Sequence record: DRR378314_2033
Length of the DNA: 45,733 nucleotides
Direction: 5' to 3' (one strand)
The number at the start of each line of letters is the position of its first letter. Positions within the stretch are counted from its first letter, which is position 1. Of the stretch, positions 32,804 through 42,018 are shown piece after piece. Both the position numbers and the translations under genes were made by a program. The notes under the pieces were generated by a model. The model made no database searches and was not told where the DNA came from. It worked only from the letters and a program-made list of their open reading frames with translations.

Positions 32804-32836
32804 TCCATATTAACTAAAATCAGGGCGCCAGAAAAC

Positions 32837-33223
32837 TTATTCAGCAGCTTTCTTGACACCACGATCTTCGCGACGCTCACGGATACGGGCTTTCTTACCA
32901 CGCAGACCGCGCAGATAATAAAGCTTAGAGCGGCGGACAACACCCTGGCGAACAACATCGATTTGGTCGATCCGTGGGGAGTAAAGTGGGAACACACGCT
33001 CTACACCTTCACCGTAAGAAATTTTACGGACAGTGAAGTTTGCGTTGATACCGCCAGAGCTACGGGCGATACAAACGCCTTCGAACATCTGAACACGTTC
33101 ACGCGTTCCTTCGACAACCTTCACATGCACCCGCAATGTGTCACCGGGACGGAAATCCGGAACCGGACGCTCAGCCGTCAGCTTCTCAATCTGCTCTTTT
33201 TCGAGCTGCTGAATTGTATTCAT
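32837..33223 (-). CDS. rplS: 50S ribosomal protein L19
   Basis: [25 protein letters not shown] and [13 protein letters not shown] at 33223 after GAAGGTGA. Confidence 0.97.
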   Translation of the reverse strand: MNTIQQLEKEQIEKLTAERPVPDFRPGDTLRVHVKVVEGTRERVQMFEGVCIARSSGGINANFTVRKISYGEGVERVFPLYSPRIDQIDVVRQGVVRRSKLYYLRGLRGKKARIRERREDRGVKKAAE

Positions 33224-33234
33224 AGCTTTCACCT

Positions 33235-33981
33235 TCATTTCAGTTTTTCATCCGACAAACGGTTCCAAAGGTCCGCCCGCCGTTGTTTCGTCAACTCTTC
33301 AGAGGAGCGTTGCCGCCACTCCTTGATCTTTTCGTGATGCCCCGAAAGTAATACTTCCGGAACCGCGCGATCTTCCCAGACCGCTGGCCGGGTATAATGG
33401 GAATATTCCAGTAACCCGGTCTCAAAACTCTCGTCTTCAAGGGACGATTGATTGCCGGTTACGCCCGGTAACAATCGAACCACTGCATCCAGCATGGCCA
33501 TCGCAGCAATCTCTCCGCCTGAAAGTATAAAATCTCCTAATGAGACTTCTTCCAACTCTCGGGCTTCGATAACCCTTTGATCGATGCCTTCAAATCGCCC
33601 GCAAAGCAGGATCACACCAGGCTCATCTGCGATTTCCCGCATAAGGGACTGGTCCATCACCCGTCCCCGCGGACTGAAATACATCAATCTTTTATTACCA
33701 CCGGACGCGACTTTCGCCGCATCAATGGCGCTTCCTAAAACATCTGGTCTCATCACCATGCCGGCACCGCCCCCAAAAGGGCTGTCATCCACCGTATGAT
33801 GCCTGCCGACTGAAAAATCCCGAATATTGGTCACCTGCAAATCCCAGGCTCCCGTCTCCAGTCCCCGCCCGGCCAATGAGTGGCCAAGTGGACCCGGAAA
33901 CATATCCGGAAAAAGGGTCAGAACATGGGCCTTCCATGGCGCCTGATCTTCATCTTTATTCTCAGTGTCGCGCGTCAACAT
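33235..33981 (-). CDS. trmD: tRNA (guanine37-N1)-methyltransferase
   Basis: [34 protein letters not shown] and YTRP. Confidence 0.97.
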   Translation of the reverse strand: MLTRDTENKDEDQAPWKAHVLTLFPDMFPGPLGHSLAGRGLETGAWDLQVTNIRDFSVGRHHTVDDSPFGGGAGMVMRPDVLGSAIDAAKVASGGNKRLMYFSPRGRVMDQSLMREIADEPGVILLCGRFEGIDQRVIEARELEEVSLGDFILSGGEIAAMAMLDAVVRLLPGVTGNQSSLEDESFETGLLEYSHYTRPAVWEDRAVPEVLLSGHHEKIKEWRQRSSEELTKQRRADLWNRLSDEKLK

Positions 33982-33996
33982 CTCAGTCTTGCGCTC

Positions 33997-34560
33997 CTAA
34001 CGGCTTCCATCTGAACTTTCTGAAGGCTCCTTAACCGGAACTTCAAAAAAATCATCTGGCAAATTCAACACGATATGCCCGTCCTCAAGATCAACAACCG
34101 GTACCATTCTCTTGGTAAAGGGAACCAAAACGCTGGCTTTCTTCCCTTTTCCTTCCGGTACGATCTCCAGAATATCCCCTGCACCGAAATCATTCAGTCG
34201 CAGGATCTGACCAAATCGGCTTCCGTCTTCATTCTTCACATCCAATCCAACCAGATCTGCGTGATAGAAGGCATCTTCCTCTTCAATCTTGGGTAACTTG
34301 TCTCGCGCGACATATAGCTCCTGACCTTTCAGGGCCTCTGCCTGGTTGCGATCCGCTACCCCTTTAATCCGGATAACCGGCTGGGACTTTGACATACCCA
34401 CCAGCGAAACATCGAAAGTTGTTTCACCGGTTTTCGTTTCCAGAGGACCATAAGCGACGATATCTTCAGGTAATTCCGTAAAGGATTTGACCTTCAACTC
34501 GCCCCTGACGCCTTTTACGCCTGTAATGACGCCAAGCAGCAGTCGGTCCGACTGTGACAT
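33997..34560 (-). CDS. rimM: Ribosome maturation factor RimM
   Basis: GVRGELKVKSFT, FYHADLVG, FGAGDILEI and LVPF; position between rpsP and trmD. Confidence 0.95.
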   Translation of the reverse strand: MSQSDRLLLGVITGVKGVRGELKVKSFTELPEDIVAYGPLETKTGETTFDVSLVGMSKSQPVIRIKGVADRNQAEALKGQELYVARDKLPKIEEEDAFYHADLVGLDVKNEDGSRFGQILRLNDFGAGDILEIVPEGKGKKASVLVPFTKRMVPVVDLEDGHIVLNLPDDFFEVPVKEPSESSDGSR

Positions 34561-34571
34561 ACCAGATACCC

Positions 34572-35021
34572 TTAAGCTTCAGCCTTTTCTTCAGCAGCAG
34601 CCTCTTCAGCTGGCGCCTCTTCGGCAGGAGATTTCTCTGCAGCCGCAGCTTCAGCTTTAGCAGCCTCGGCAGCTTCAGCAGCTTCAGCGGCTGCTTCTTC
34701 AGCTTCGCGCAAACGCTCCTGAGCTTTCGCTTTCGGCTTGGCTTTTTCTGGGTTGTTCCGCTCTACTTTTGCAGAAATACCGGCATCTGCCAGGAACTTC
34801 TGAACACGATCTGTAGGCTGCGCACCAGTTCCGAGCCAATGCTTGATCCGCTCTTCATCCAGCTTAACCCGCTCGCCGCTGTCTTTGGCCAACATTGGGT
34901 TATATGTTCCTACGATTTCAATATACCGACCATCGCGGGGGCTACGTACGTCAGCGACTACAACACGGTAGAAGGGACGTTTCTTAGCACCCTGACGGGT
35001 AAGGCGAATTTTCAATGCCAT
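34572..35021 (-). CDS. rpsP: 30S ribosomal protein S16 with an Ala/Glu-rich C-terminal extension
   Basis: [28 protein letters not shown] and GAQPTDRV. Confidence 0.97.
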   Translation of the reverse strand: MALKIRLTRQGAKKRPFYRVVVADVRSPRDGRYIEIVGTYNPMLAKDSGERVKLDEERIKHWLGTGAQPTDRVQKFLADAGISAKVERNNPEKAKPKAKAQERLREAEEAAAEAAEAAEAAKAEAAAAEKSPAEEAPAEEAAAEEKAEA

Positions 35022-35056
35022 AGTTAAACTTCTCTCTCTTCAGTAAATACTGTCTC

Positions 35057-36418
35057 TTAAAATTTCATACCTGGTGGAAGAAGCCCCTGCATACCGCCAC
35101 GCATGACGCCCTTGTTGCCGAGTTTCTTCACCTTTTTCATCATTGACGCCATTTGCTTATGCTGTTTAAGCAACCGATTAACGTCCTGAACGGACATTCC
35201 AGCACCAGCCGCAATGCGTCGCTTGCGAGATGCCGCTATGATTTGCGGATTCCGGCGCTCCTTTGGCGTCATGGATTCCACAATCGCAATTTGTCTCTTG
35301 AGCAGCTTGTCATCCAGGTTAGCCCCTTCCAGCTGCTTTTTCATTTTGCCAACACCTGGCAACATGCCGACAAGGCTATTCATACCGCCCATTTTCAGCA
35401 TCTGCCGGAGCTGTCCTGCAAGATCGTCCAGATCGAACTGGCCTTTCTGCATTTTCTTGGCAAGGCGATCCGCCTCATCTTTCTCGATAAGCTCTGAGGC
35501 CTTTTCAACCAAAGACACCACATCGCCCATACCGAGAATACGGTTGGCCAAACGATCCGGATGGAACGTTTCCAACTCATCCAGCTTCTCACCAGTACCC
35601 AATAATTTAATCGGGCAACCGGTAACTTCGCGCATGGACAGAGCCGCACCACCGCGGCCATCACCGTCAATCCGGGTCATGACCACACCGGTCACGTCCA
35701 CCCGCTCTTTAAATTGCTGGGCCACATTGACCGCATCCTGGCCGGTCAGACTATCCACCACCAGCAGCGTCTCTGTTGGAGCGGCGATCTGATGAACGGC
35801 CTTCATCTCGGCCATTAGCTGCTCATCCACATGCAGTCGGCCTGCGGTATCCAGCATGACAATATCAAAGCCTTGCAACTTTGCAGACTGAAGAGCACGT
35901 TTGGCAATTTCGACAGGTTGCTGACCTTCAACGATTGGTAATGTCGTAATGCCGGTCTGCTCACCAAGGACACGCAACTGCTCCTGCGCGGCAGGGCGGC
36001 GAACGTCCAGGGACGCCATCATGACCTTCTTACCTTTTTTCTCGGTAAGGAATTTCGCAATTTTCGCGGTCGAAGTGGTTTTACCAGAGCCCTGCAAACC
36101 AACCATCATATAACTGATGGGCGGCACTGCCAGCAGGTTCAATTCCTGCGATTCGGATCCCAGGGTTTCAACAAGCTGGTCGTGAACCACCTTGATAACC
36201 ATTTGACCCGGATTGATGGACTTAAGGACTTCTGTCCCAATTGCTTTGGATTTGACCTTTTTAATGAAACTTTTGACAACCGGCAACGCGACATCAGCTT
36301 CCAACAAAGCCACGCGAACTTCCCGCATCACTTCGTTGACATCTGCTTCTGTGAGGGCGCCACGCTTGGTTAGTTTACCAAGTACATCGCCCAGTCTGCC
36401 TGTCAGATTTTCAAACAT
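35057..36418 (-). CDS. ffh: Signal recognition particle protein Ffh
   Basis: GLQGSGKTT, DTAGR, DGDGRGGAALS and a Met-rich M domain. Confidence 0.98.
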   Translation of the reverse strand: MFENLTGRLGDVLGKLTKRGALTEADVNEVMREVRVALLEADVALPVVKSFIKKVKSKAIGTEVLKSINPGQMVIKVVHDQLVETLGSESQELNLLAVPPISYMMVGLQGSGKTTSTAKIAKFLTEKKGKKVMMASLDVRRPAAQEQLRVLGEQTGITTLPIVEGQQPVEIAKRALQSAKLQGFDIVMLDTAGRLHVDEQLMAEMKAVHQIAAPTETLLVVDSLTGQDAVNVAQQFKERVDVTGVVMTRIDGDGRGGAALSMREVTGCPIKLLGTGEKLDELETFHPDRLANRILGMGDVVSLVEKASELIEKDEADRLAKKMQKGQFDLDDLAGQLRQMLKMGGMNSLVGMLPGVGKMKKQLEGANLDDKLLKRQIAIVESMTPKERRNPQIIAASRKRRIAAGAGMSVQDVNRLLKQHKQMASMMKKVKKLGNKGVMRGGMQGLLPPGMKF

Positions 36419-36491
36419 TCGGTTAAAACCTGTGGTTCATCAATCAGTTAAACTCGTCACCCGGCTCAAACATTCAATCCAAATCCATACA

Positions 36492-36540
36492 ACGCAAAAA
36501 GCGCCAGTGCACGAAACTCGTGGACTGACGGGCACCTTAG
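36492..36540 (-). ncRNA. ffh 5' leader RNA motif (alphaproteobacterial ffh motif-like)
   Basis: Minus strand UGCCCGUCAGUCCACGAGUUUCGUGCACUGGCGCUUUUUGCGU. It forms the hairpin CGUCAGU-C-CACGA/UCGUG-C-ACUGGCG plus a U run within the predicted ffh leader. It resembles, from memory, the Rfam ffh motif. Confidence 0.65.
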
Positions 36541-36580
36541 GCGGCACAGATCTTTATTACTCATATGAGCTGAGTGCGGT

Positions 36581-36610
36581 GAAATAGCCATAGCGGCAGG
36601 AAAGAGTCAA
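36581..36610 (-). promoter_or_regulatory. Putative sigma70 promoter of ffh
   Basis: Minus strand TTGACT-18 nt-TATTTC (GCTATTTC), implying a leader of about 155 nt. Confidence 0.5.
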
Positions 36611-36641
36611 GTTTTTCTGCGCAGTTTGGATAACTATTCAC

Positions 36642-36670
36642 TGGACCGAAGCCACGATAACCCCTATATC
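36642..36670 (+). promoter_or_regulatory. Putative promoter of the dapF operon, positioned for a leaderless mRNA
   Basis: TGGACC-17 nt-TATATC ends 7 nt before the dapF ATG, and no SD is present. Confidence 0.45.
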
Positions 36671-36677
36671 GCGCGAT

Positions 36678-37517
36678 ATGGAACAAGTCGCTTTTAAAAA
36701 AATGCATGGGCTGGGCAATGATTTTGTCATTATCGATGGGCGTGAAAACGACCCAAAGCTGAACCCTGCCGCTTTGCGGGCAATCGGCGACCGGCATAGA
36801 GGTGTTGGATATGATCAATTGGTCGTATTGGAGCCAACCGACCAGGCCGATGTCTTTATGCGCATATACAATTCCGATGGTAGCGAAGCCGAAGCCTGCG
36901 GCAATGCCACCCGTTGCATCGCCCATTTGATGATGCAGGAAAAACAGACCGACACGATTGTGATCGAAACCGTTGCCGGCCTCTTAAAAGGAACGATAGG
37001 CACCGACGCGCCCATCATCATCGATATGGGTAAACCGCGTCTGGACTGGCAATCCATTCCTTTGGCGCGCGCAGAAGATACAAATCACGTCCCTGTCACC
37101 GCAGGCCCCTTAAGCGATCCGGTTGCCGTAAGCATGGGCAATCCACATCTGGTCTTTTTCACTGACGATGCCCAAAGCATCGATTTGGAAAAATGGGGTC
37201 CTGTCCTTGAACATGATCCGTTGCTACCCGCCAAAGCCAATATCAGCGTTGTCAGCCAGAATGCAGATGGCTCATTGCGCCTTCGGGTCTGGGAAAGAGG
37301 CGTCGGCATCACGCTCGCTTGTGGATCAGCGGCCTGCGCCACGATTGTGGCTGCAACAGCCCGCGGACTTGTTGACAGGAAAGCAACTGTCCATCTCAAT
37401 GGTGGTCCGCTTTACATGGAATGGCGGGATGATGAGCATGTCCTGATGGGCGGCGCGATTGCCTATTCATTCGAAGGATTATTGGACCCTTCTCTACTGG
37501 AAGGAGTTCCCGCATGA
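36678..37517 (+). CDS. dapF: Diaminopimelate epimerase
   Basis: KMHGLGNDF, NSDGS.AEACGNATRC, SMGNPH and ERGVG.TLACGS. Confidence 0.97.
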   Translation: MEQVAFKKMHGLGNDFVIIDGRENDPKLNPAALRAIGDRHRGVGYDQLVVLEPTDQADVFMRIYNSDGSEAEACGNATRCIAHLMMQEKQTDTIVIETVAGLLKGTIGTDAPIIIDMGKPRLDWQSIPLARAEDTNHVPVTAGPLSDPVAVSMGNPHLVFFTDDAQSIDLEKWGPVLEHDPLLPAKANISVVSQNADGSLRLRVWERGVGITLACGSAACATIVAATARGLVDRKATVHLNGGPLYMEWRDDEHVLMGGAIAYSFEGLLDPSLLEGVPA

Positions 37518-38788
37518 GTTCAGACAGCTTAACACAGCCTGAAATCGTGACCTTTGGATGTCGGTTGAATACCTACGAGTCTGAAGTGATGCGGGGTCAC
37601 GCCTCCGCTGCGGGCCTTAACAATGCCGTCATTATCAATACTTGCGCTGTAACCAATGAAGCAGAGCGGCAGGCCCGCCAAGCCATTCGAAAAGCCCGGC
37701 GGGATCACCCCGGTGCGAAAATCATTGTGACCGGCTGCGCGGCGCAAACCAATCCGGATCAGTTCCAACAGATGTCTGAAGTTGATCAGATCCTTGGCAA
37801 TCTGGAAAAACTGGAACCAACGTCTTTTGGTTTGCAAGAAACCGAAAGGGTTCAGGTTAATGACATCATGTCTGCAACTGAAACAGCCAGCCACCTTCTA
37901 GAAGGCTTTGAAGGTCGGGCCCGCGCCTTTTTGCAAATCCAGAACGGCTGCAATCATCGCTGTACCTTCTGCATTATACCCTATGGCCGGGGAAACAGTC
38001 GCTCTGTCCCGCTGGGCGCCATTGTTGAACAGGCCCGCAGCCTCACTGAAAACGGATATCAGGAATTTGTCCTAACCGGTGTGGATATCACCGCCTATGG
38101 GGAGGACCTGCCTGGCACACCAACGCTTGGTCAAATGTGCCGACGCCTACTGGCAGCGGTACCCCAAATCAAGCGACTGCGTCTCTCCTCGCTCGACCCT
38201 GTTGAGACCGACGCGGATCTTTGGCGTCTGATTGAAACTGAAAAACGGCTGATGCCGCATCTGCATATCAGTTTGCAAGCCGGGGATGACATGGTTCTAA
38301 AGCGGATGAAACGTCGCCACCTGCGCCGCGATGTTTATGATTTTGTCGAAAAAGCCCGTCGGCTCCGTCCTGACGTGGTTTTTGGTGCGGATATCATCGC
38401 CGGTTTTCCGACAGAAACCGACGAAATGGCAGAAAACAGCCGGCTTCTGCTGGAAGAGTGTGACATCACATACGCTCATGTCTTCCCTTATTCGGAGCGT
38501 CCGGGAACGCCGGCCGCTAAAATGCCACAGGTGCGTGGAAATATCCGCAAAAGCCGAGCGGCTACGCTCCGCGCTGTCGGTGAAGCAAATCTCGCCCGGC
38601 ATCTGAAAACGTTGGTTGGCCAGAGAGTACCCGTGCTGGCGGAAAATGAAACAACGGGCCGGACCGAGACTTATGCGCCGGTAAAATTTGATTTCACAGC
38701 GGAACCAGGTACGATCTTTGATGTTATGATTACCGGCAGCGATGGTCAAAAGTTGCAAGCAAGTCTTGAGGTAGCAAAAGCTTTATGA
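37514..38788 (+). CDS. mtaB: tRNA t6A37 methylthiotransferase (radical SAM)
   Basis: TFGCRLN..ES, NTCAVT and GCNHRCTFCIIPYGRG (CxxxCxxC); dapF-mtaB-ftsY context. Confidence 0.92.
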   Translation: MSSDSLTQPEIVTFGCRLNTYESEVMRGHASAAGLNNAVIINTCAVTNEAERQARQAIRKARRDHPGAKIIVTGCAAQTNPDQFQQMSEVDQILGNLEKLEPTSFGLQETERVQVNDIMSATETASHLLEGFEGRARAFLQIQNGCNHRCTFCIIPYGRGNSRSVPLGAIVEQARSLTENGYQEFVLTGVDITAYGEDLPGTPTLGQMCRRLLAAVPQIKRLRLSSLDPVETDADLWRLIETEKRLMPHLHISLQAGDDMVLKRMKRRHLRRDVYDFVEKARRLRPDVVFGADIIAGFPTETDEMAENSRLLLEECDITYAHVFPYSERPGTPAAKMPQVRGNIRKSRAATLRAVGEANLARHLKTLVGQRVPVLAENETTGRTETYAPVKFDFTAEPGTIFDVMITGSDGQKLQASLEVAKAL

Positions 38789-39732
38789 GTGATACGTCCC
38801 CCAAAGAAAAAAAAGGCTGGTTCAGTCGACTGAAAAATGGCCTGAAACGATCCTCAAACGCAATTTCCTCAGGCATCTCAGATATTTTTACGAAGCGAAA
38901 GCTGGATGATGATGTCGTTGAGGAATTGGAAGAACTGCTGATCAGTGCCGATCTTGGTGTTACGACCGCCGCACGGATCTCTTCCAATATTGCTAAATCG
39001 CGGTACGAGAAGGAAATCTCTCCTGAAGAAATTCGCGAAGCCCTGGCAGACGAAATTACGACGATACTTGAGCCGGTCACCCAACCTTTTGAGTTGCAGG
39101 AAAATCTCAAGCCGCATGTTGTCCTAGTCATTGGTGTCAATGGATCTGGAAAAACCACAACGATCGGTAAAATTGCCAAGCAATATAGCGATCAAGGTAA
39201 AAAAGTGGTCCTGGCTGCCGGAGATACTTTTCGTGCAGCCGCTGTTGAGCAACTCTCCATTTGGGGGGAGCGGACCGGTGCCAAGGTTGTCACAACCAAA
39301 GTTGGCGGCGATGCAGCCGGTCTGGCTTATGGCGCCTATGAGCAGGCGGTATCGGAAAATGCAGATTTACTGCTGATTGATACGGCTGGGCGCCTTCAGA
39401 ATAAATCAGACCTAATGGCAGAACTTGAAAAGATCCTTCGGGTCATCAAGAAACTGAACCCGGACGCACCCCATTCCAGTATTTTGGTATTGGATGCGAC
39501 AACAGGACAAAACGCGCTTAATCAGGCAGAAATCTTCGGGAAAACCTGTAATGTAACGGGTCTCGTAATGACAAAGCTGGACGGGACAGCGCGGGGCGGT
39601 GTTCTGGTTGCCATTGCCGATAAATTCAAGCTGCCGGTCCATGCCATTGGCGTCGGCGAGGGCGTTGAAGATCTGCAACCGTTTGCCGCCAAGGATTTTG
39701 CCCGTGCCCTGGTTGGCGCGGATAACACTTAA
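38785..39732 (+). CDS. ftsY: SRP receptor FtsY (short form, no acidic A domain)
   Basis: GVNGSGKTTTIGK, DTFRAAA, DTAGRLQ, TKLDGTARGG and an N-terminal amphipathic GWFSRLK.GL. Confidence 0.97.
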   Translation: MSDTSPKEKKGWFSRLKNGLKRSSNAISSGISDIFTKRKLDDDVVEELEELLISADLGVTTAARISSNIAKSRYEKEISPEEIREALADEITTILEPVTQPFELQENLKPHVVLVIGVNGSGKTTTIGKIAKQYSDQGKKVVLAAGDTFRAAAVEQLSIWGERTGAKVVTTKVGGDAAGLAYGAYEQAVSENADLLLIDTAGRLQNKSDLMAELEKILRVIKKLNPDAPHSSILVLDATTGQNALNQAEIFGKTCNVTGLVMTKLDGTARGGVLVAIADKFKLPVHAIGVGEGVEDLQPFAAKDFARALVGADNT

Positions 39733-39750
39733 CACCGGATTAGAGTACTC

Positions 39751-40320
39751 ATGTCACAAGGCCGAATGCCACAATCGATCAAAACCGCAACCGAGCTGGG
39801 ACCCATCTTTCTCTTTTTTGGGGCGTATTACCTATACGATCTTTATGTGGCAACCGGCGTCATCATGGTGACAACCCTGATCGCATTGGCCATCTCCTAT
39901 TATTACGAGCGCCGGTTGCCCGCAATGCCTTTGGTAACGGCCATTGTCGTTACGATTTTTGGAGGTCTGACCCTGTATCTGAATGATGATACCTTCATTA
40001 AAATGAAGCCGACGATCATTTATGTGCTTTTCGCGGCGGCACTCGGTACAGGGTTATTGCTTGGAAAATCGTTTATAAAAACGCTTTTCGGTACTTTCTG
40101 GGATCTCGAAGATAAAGGCTGGAAACTTTTGACTATTCGAATGGCCCTTTTCTTTCTCGTGCTCGCCATCGTGAACGAGGTTGTCTGGCGCAACTTCTCA
40201 ACCGACCTGTGGGTGAATGTCAAAGTATTCGGCTTTACCGCCATTACCTTTGTATTTTTTCTGGCGCAAGTGCCGCTGATTACGCGCTACACGAAAAAAG
40301 ATCCCACGCACGAAAGCTAA
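39751..40320 (+). CDS. yciB: Inner membrane protein YciB / septation protein IspZ
   Basis: ELGP..LFF, FGGLTL, FIKMKPTI, NEVVWR and WVNVKVFG. Confidence 0.92.
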   Translation: MSQGRMPQSIKTATELGPIFLFFGAYYLYDLYVATGVIMVTTLIALAISYYYERRLPAMPLVTAIVVTIFGGLTLYLNDDTFIKMKPTIIYVLFAAALGTGLLLGKSFIKTLFGTFWDLEDKGWKLLTIRMALFFLVLAIVNEVVWRNFSTDLWVNVKVFGFTAITFVFFLAQVPLITRYTKKDPTHES

Positions 40321-40325
40321 GCGCA

Positions 40326-41168
40326 TTGGCACTCCCATACTTTCCAGTGGAAGACGGTGATTTTCGGTTCACAATGGGACTCAAACCATTACTGGATGAC
40401 AGTTGGATTGAAGTCGATGGAAACTATACCAAAGAAACTGCGATCCGCCGTGATCTTCTCAGCACCCAACGCGACAAAGTTTTCGCAGCGACTGATGACG
40501 CTGACGCGGCGGCGAAAGAAGTCCTCGAACGTGTTTTGCAAAAACTGAAACAGGATCATCCCACGATTGATCTGGATAGGCATGCCACTGATCCACATCC
40601 CCTTGCCCGGGCAGCCAGTCTGGTGCAGGAAGATTTGGTGATCATGCAGGAAACGACCGACGGCTTCGCCCTGACAGCGGCAGCAGTCTGTTTCCCTTCA
40701 GCTTGGGATCTGGCAAGTAAAGTCGGCAGAACCATGCGGCAAATTCATTCCCCCGTCCCGCAGTTGAATGCAGAAATCGGCCGGTCCATCGACCTCTTCT
40801 TCAACAACATGAAGACGTCCAAAAACGTTCAGCGGTTTAACTGGGGGCTCTATGATAGCGACGCGCTGTTTCAGCCCGGCTGGTGGCGTAATCAACGCGC
40901 CGCACCGGACATAACGGCCCAAACAATTGGTGAAAAGATTTTCTTTCGGGTCGAAAAGCAAACCTTGCAGCGCTTGTCGAATGGTCGTGACACATTGTTT
41001 ACTATCCGAATTTTCAACACGCCCCTTTGGGAAGTCACCGAAGATCTGGAACGAACCCGGTGTCTCTTAAAAGCGATTGAGACAATGCCCGAAGATTTCA
41101 AAAGCTATAAATCCATTGCCGGCTACGAACAGCTGCTGACAGATTATCTCAGGAGCCGGCTGGCCTAA
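40326..41168 (+). CDS. DUF3445 / heme-dependent oxidative N-demethylase alpha-subunit-like protein
   Basis: MGLKPL...WIEVD, LVQEDLVIM, VCFPSAW, IHSPVP, RFNW, RVEKQTL.RL and LFTIR. The start is uncertain; TTG 40326 was chosen, while the ORF-track start at 40209 overlaps yciB. Confidence 0.8.
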   Translation: MALPYFPVEDGDFRFTMGLKPLLDDSWIEVDGNYTKETAIRRDLLSTQRDKVFAATDDADAAAKEVLERVLQKLKQDHPTIDLDRHATDPHPLARAASLVQEDLVIMQETTDGFALTAAAVCFPSAWDLASKVGRTMRQIHSPVPQLNAEIGRSIDLFFNNMKTSKNVQRFNWGLYDSDALFQPGWWRNQRAAPDITAQTIGEKIFFRVEKQTLQRLSNGRDTLFTIRIFNTPLWEVTEDLERTRCLLKAIETMPEDFKSYKSIAGYEQLLTDYLRSRLA

Positions 41169-41171
41169 GGA

Positions 41172-41741
41172 TTAAGGCCTTCGCATAATCTCAAACGACC
41201 GCGTCGCCAGCTCCCCTTCGGCATTGTTAAAGGGGACAAAGGTTGGTTTGTCTTTAATTTGATCATAATGATGAAGCGCCCAGTAAACAGTCGGAAAAGC
41301 CAAATCATTCCAGGGAATTTCATCCCAGGTAAATAGCTGTACGTCCAATGATTCCGGTCCGGCTGAAAATTCAGGCCGGGCCAGCTCTGCCCGATACATG
41401 ATCTGCACCTGGCTGATATGGGTCACATTGTAAATCGCCAGAAGGTCGCGAATTTGAATATCAGCGTTTGCCTCTTCCATGGCTTCGCGCGCCGCGCCTT
41501 CTTCGGTTGTTTCCTTCTGCTCCATATAGCCAGCGGGCAAGGTCCAGAAATCTTTGCGCGGATGAATTGCCCGGCGGCAAAGCAGGAATTTGTCCTGATA
41601 GGTCACGACAGAACCAACAACGATTTTCGGATTAACGTAATGCACCCAGCCGCAGTCCTGACATACATCCCGTTCAAGATTGTCTCCATCCGGGACTTTT
41701 CGGGAAAACCGATAATCCTCTGGGTTTATTGAGTCTGACAT
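41172..41741 (-). CDS. Nudix hydrolase with a partial N-terminal zinc-ribbon region
   Basis: Nudix box PAGYME.KETTEEGAAREAMEEA and N-terminal R.VCQDCG..HY.NPK. ATG at 41741 after GGAG. Confidence 0.9.
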   Translation of the reverse strand: MSDSINPEDYRFSRKVPDGDNLERDVCQDCGWVHYVNPKIVVGSVVTYQDKFLLCRRAIHPRKDFWTLPAGYMEQKETTEEGAAREAMEEANADIQIRDLLAIYNVTHISQVQIMYRAELARPEFSAGPESLDVQLFTWDEIPWNDLAFPTVYWALHHYDQIKDKPTFVPFNNAEGELATRSFEIMRRP

Positions 41742-41781
41742 TTCTACTCCCGCCCTTTGTCGTGCTGCACTCACAGCAAAA

Positions 41782-41970
41782 CTAGACGCTGATATCCACT
41801 GTTCTGCCGATACCGCTAAAGGTCATATCAGGACGGTGATCTTTCAAAATGGCGGGTTTGTCGGCACTTTCAACAGGTTTGACCTGTTGCTCTTGAGCCG
41901 AATAATTTTGTCCGAACATACGCCCTGACATCTGAACCCCGCCGGTTACAGTTCCTGATATTTTTACCAT
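41782..41970 (-). CDS. Small hypothetical protein (62 aa) ending GIGRTVDISV
   Basis: Fills the ccmI-Nudix gap on the same strand, has AGGA upstream, and ends in a GxGxxVDIxV-type motif. Confidence 0.6.
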   Translation of the reverse strand: MVKISGTVTGGVQMSGRMFGQNYSAQEQQVKPVESADKPAILKDHRPDMTFSGIGRTVDISV

Positions 41971-42018
41971 TGCCGTCAAATCCTACTGCTGCGGATTTCT
42001 ATCCACCGGCAAAGACTA

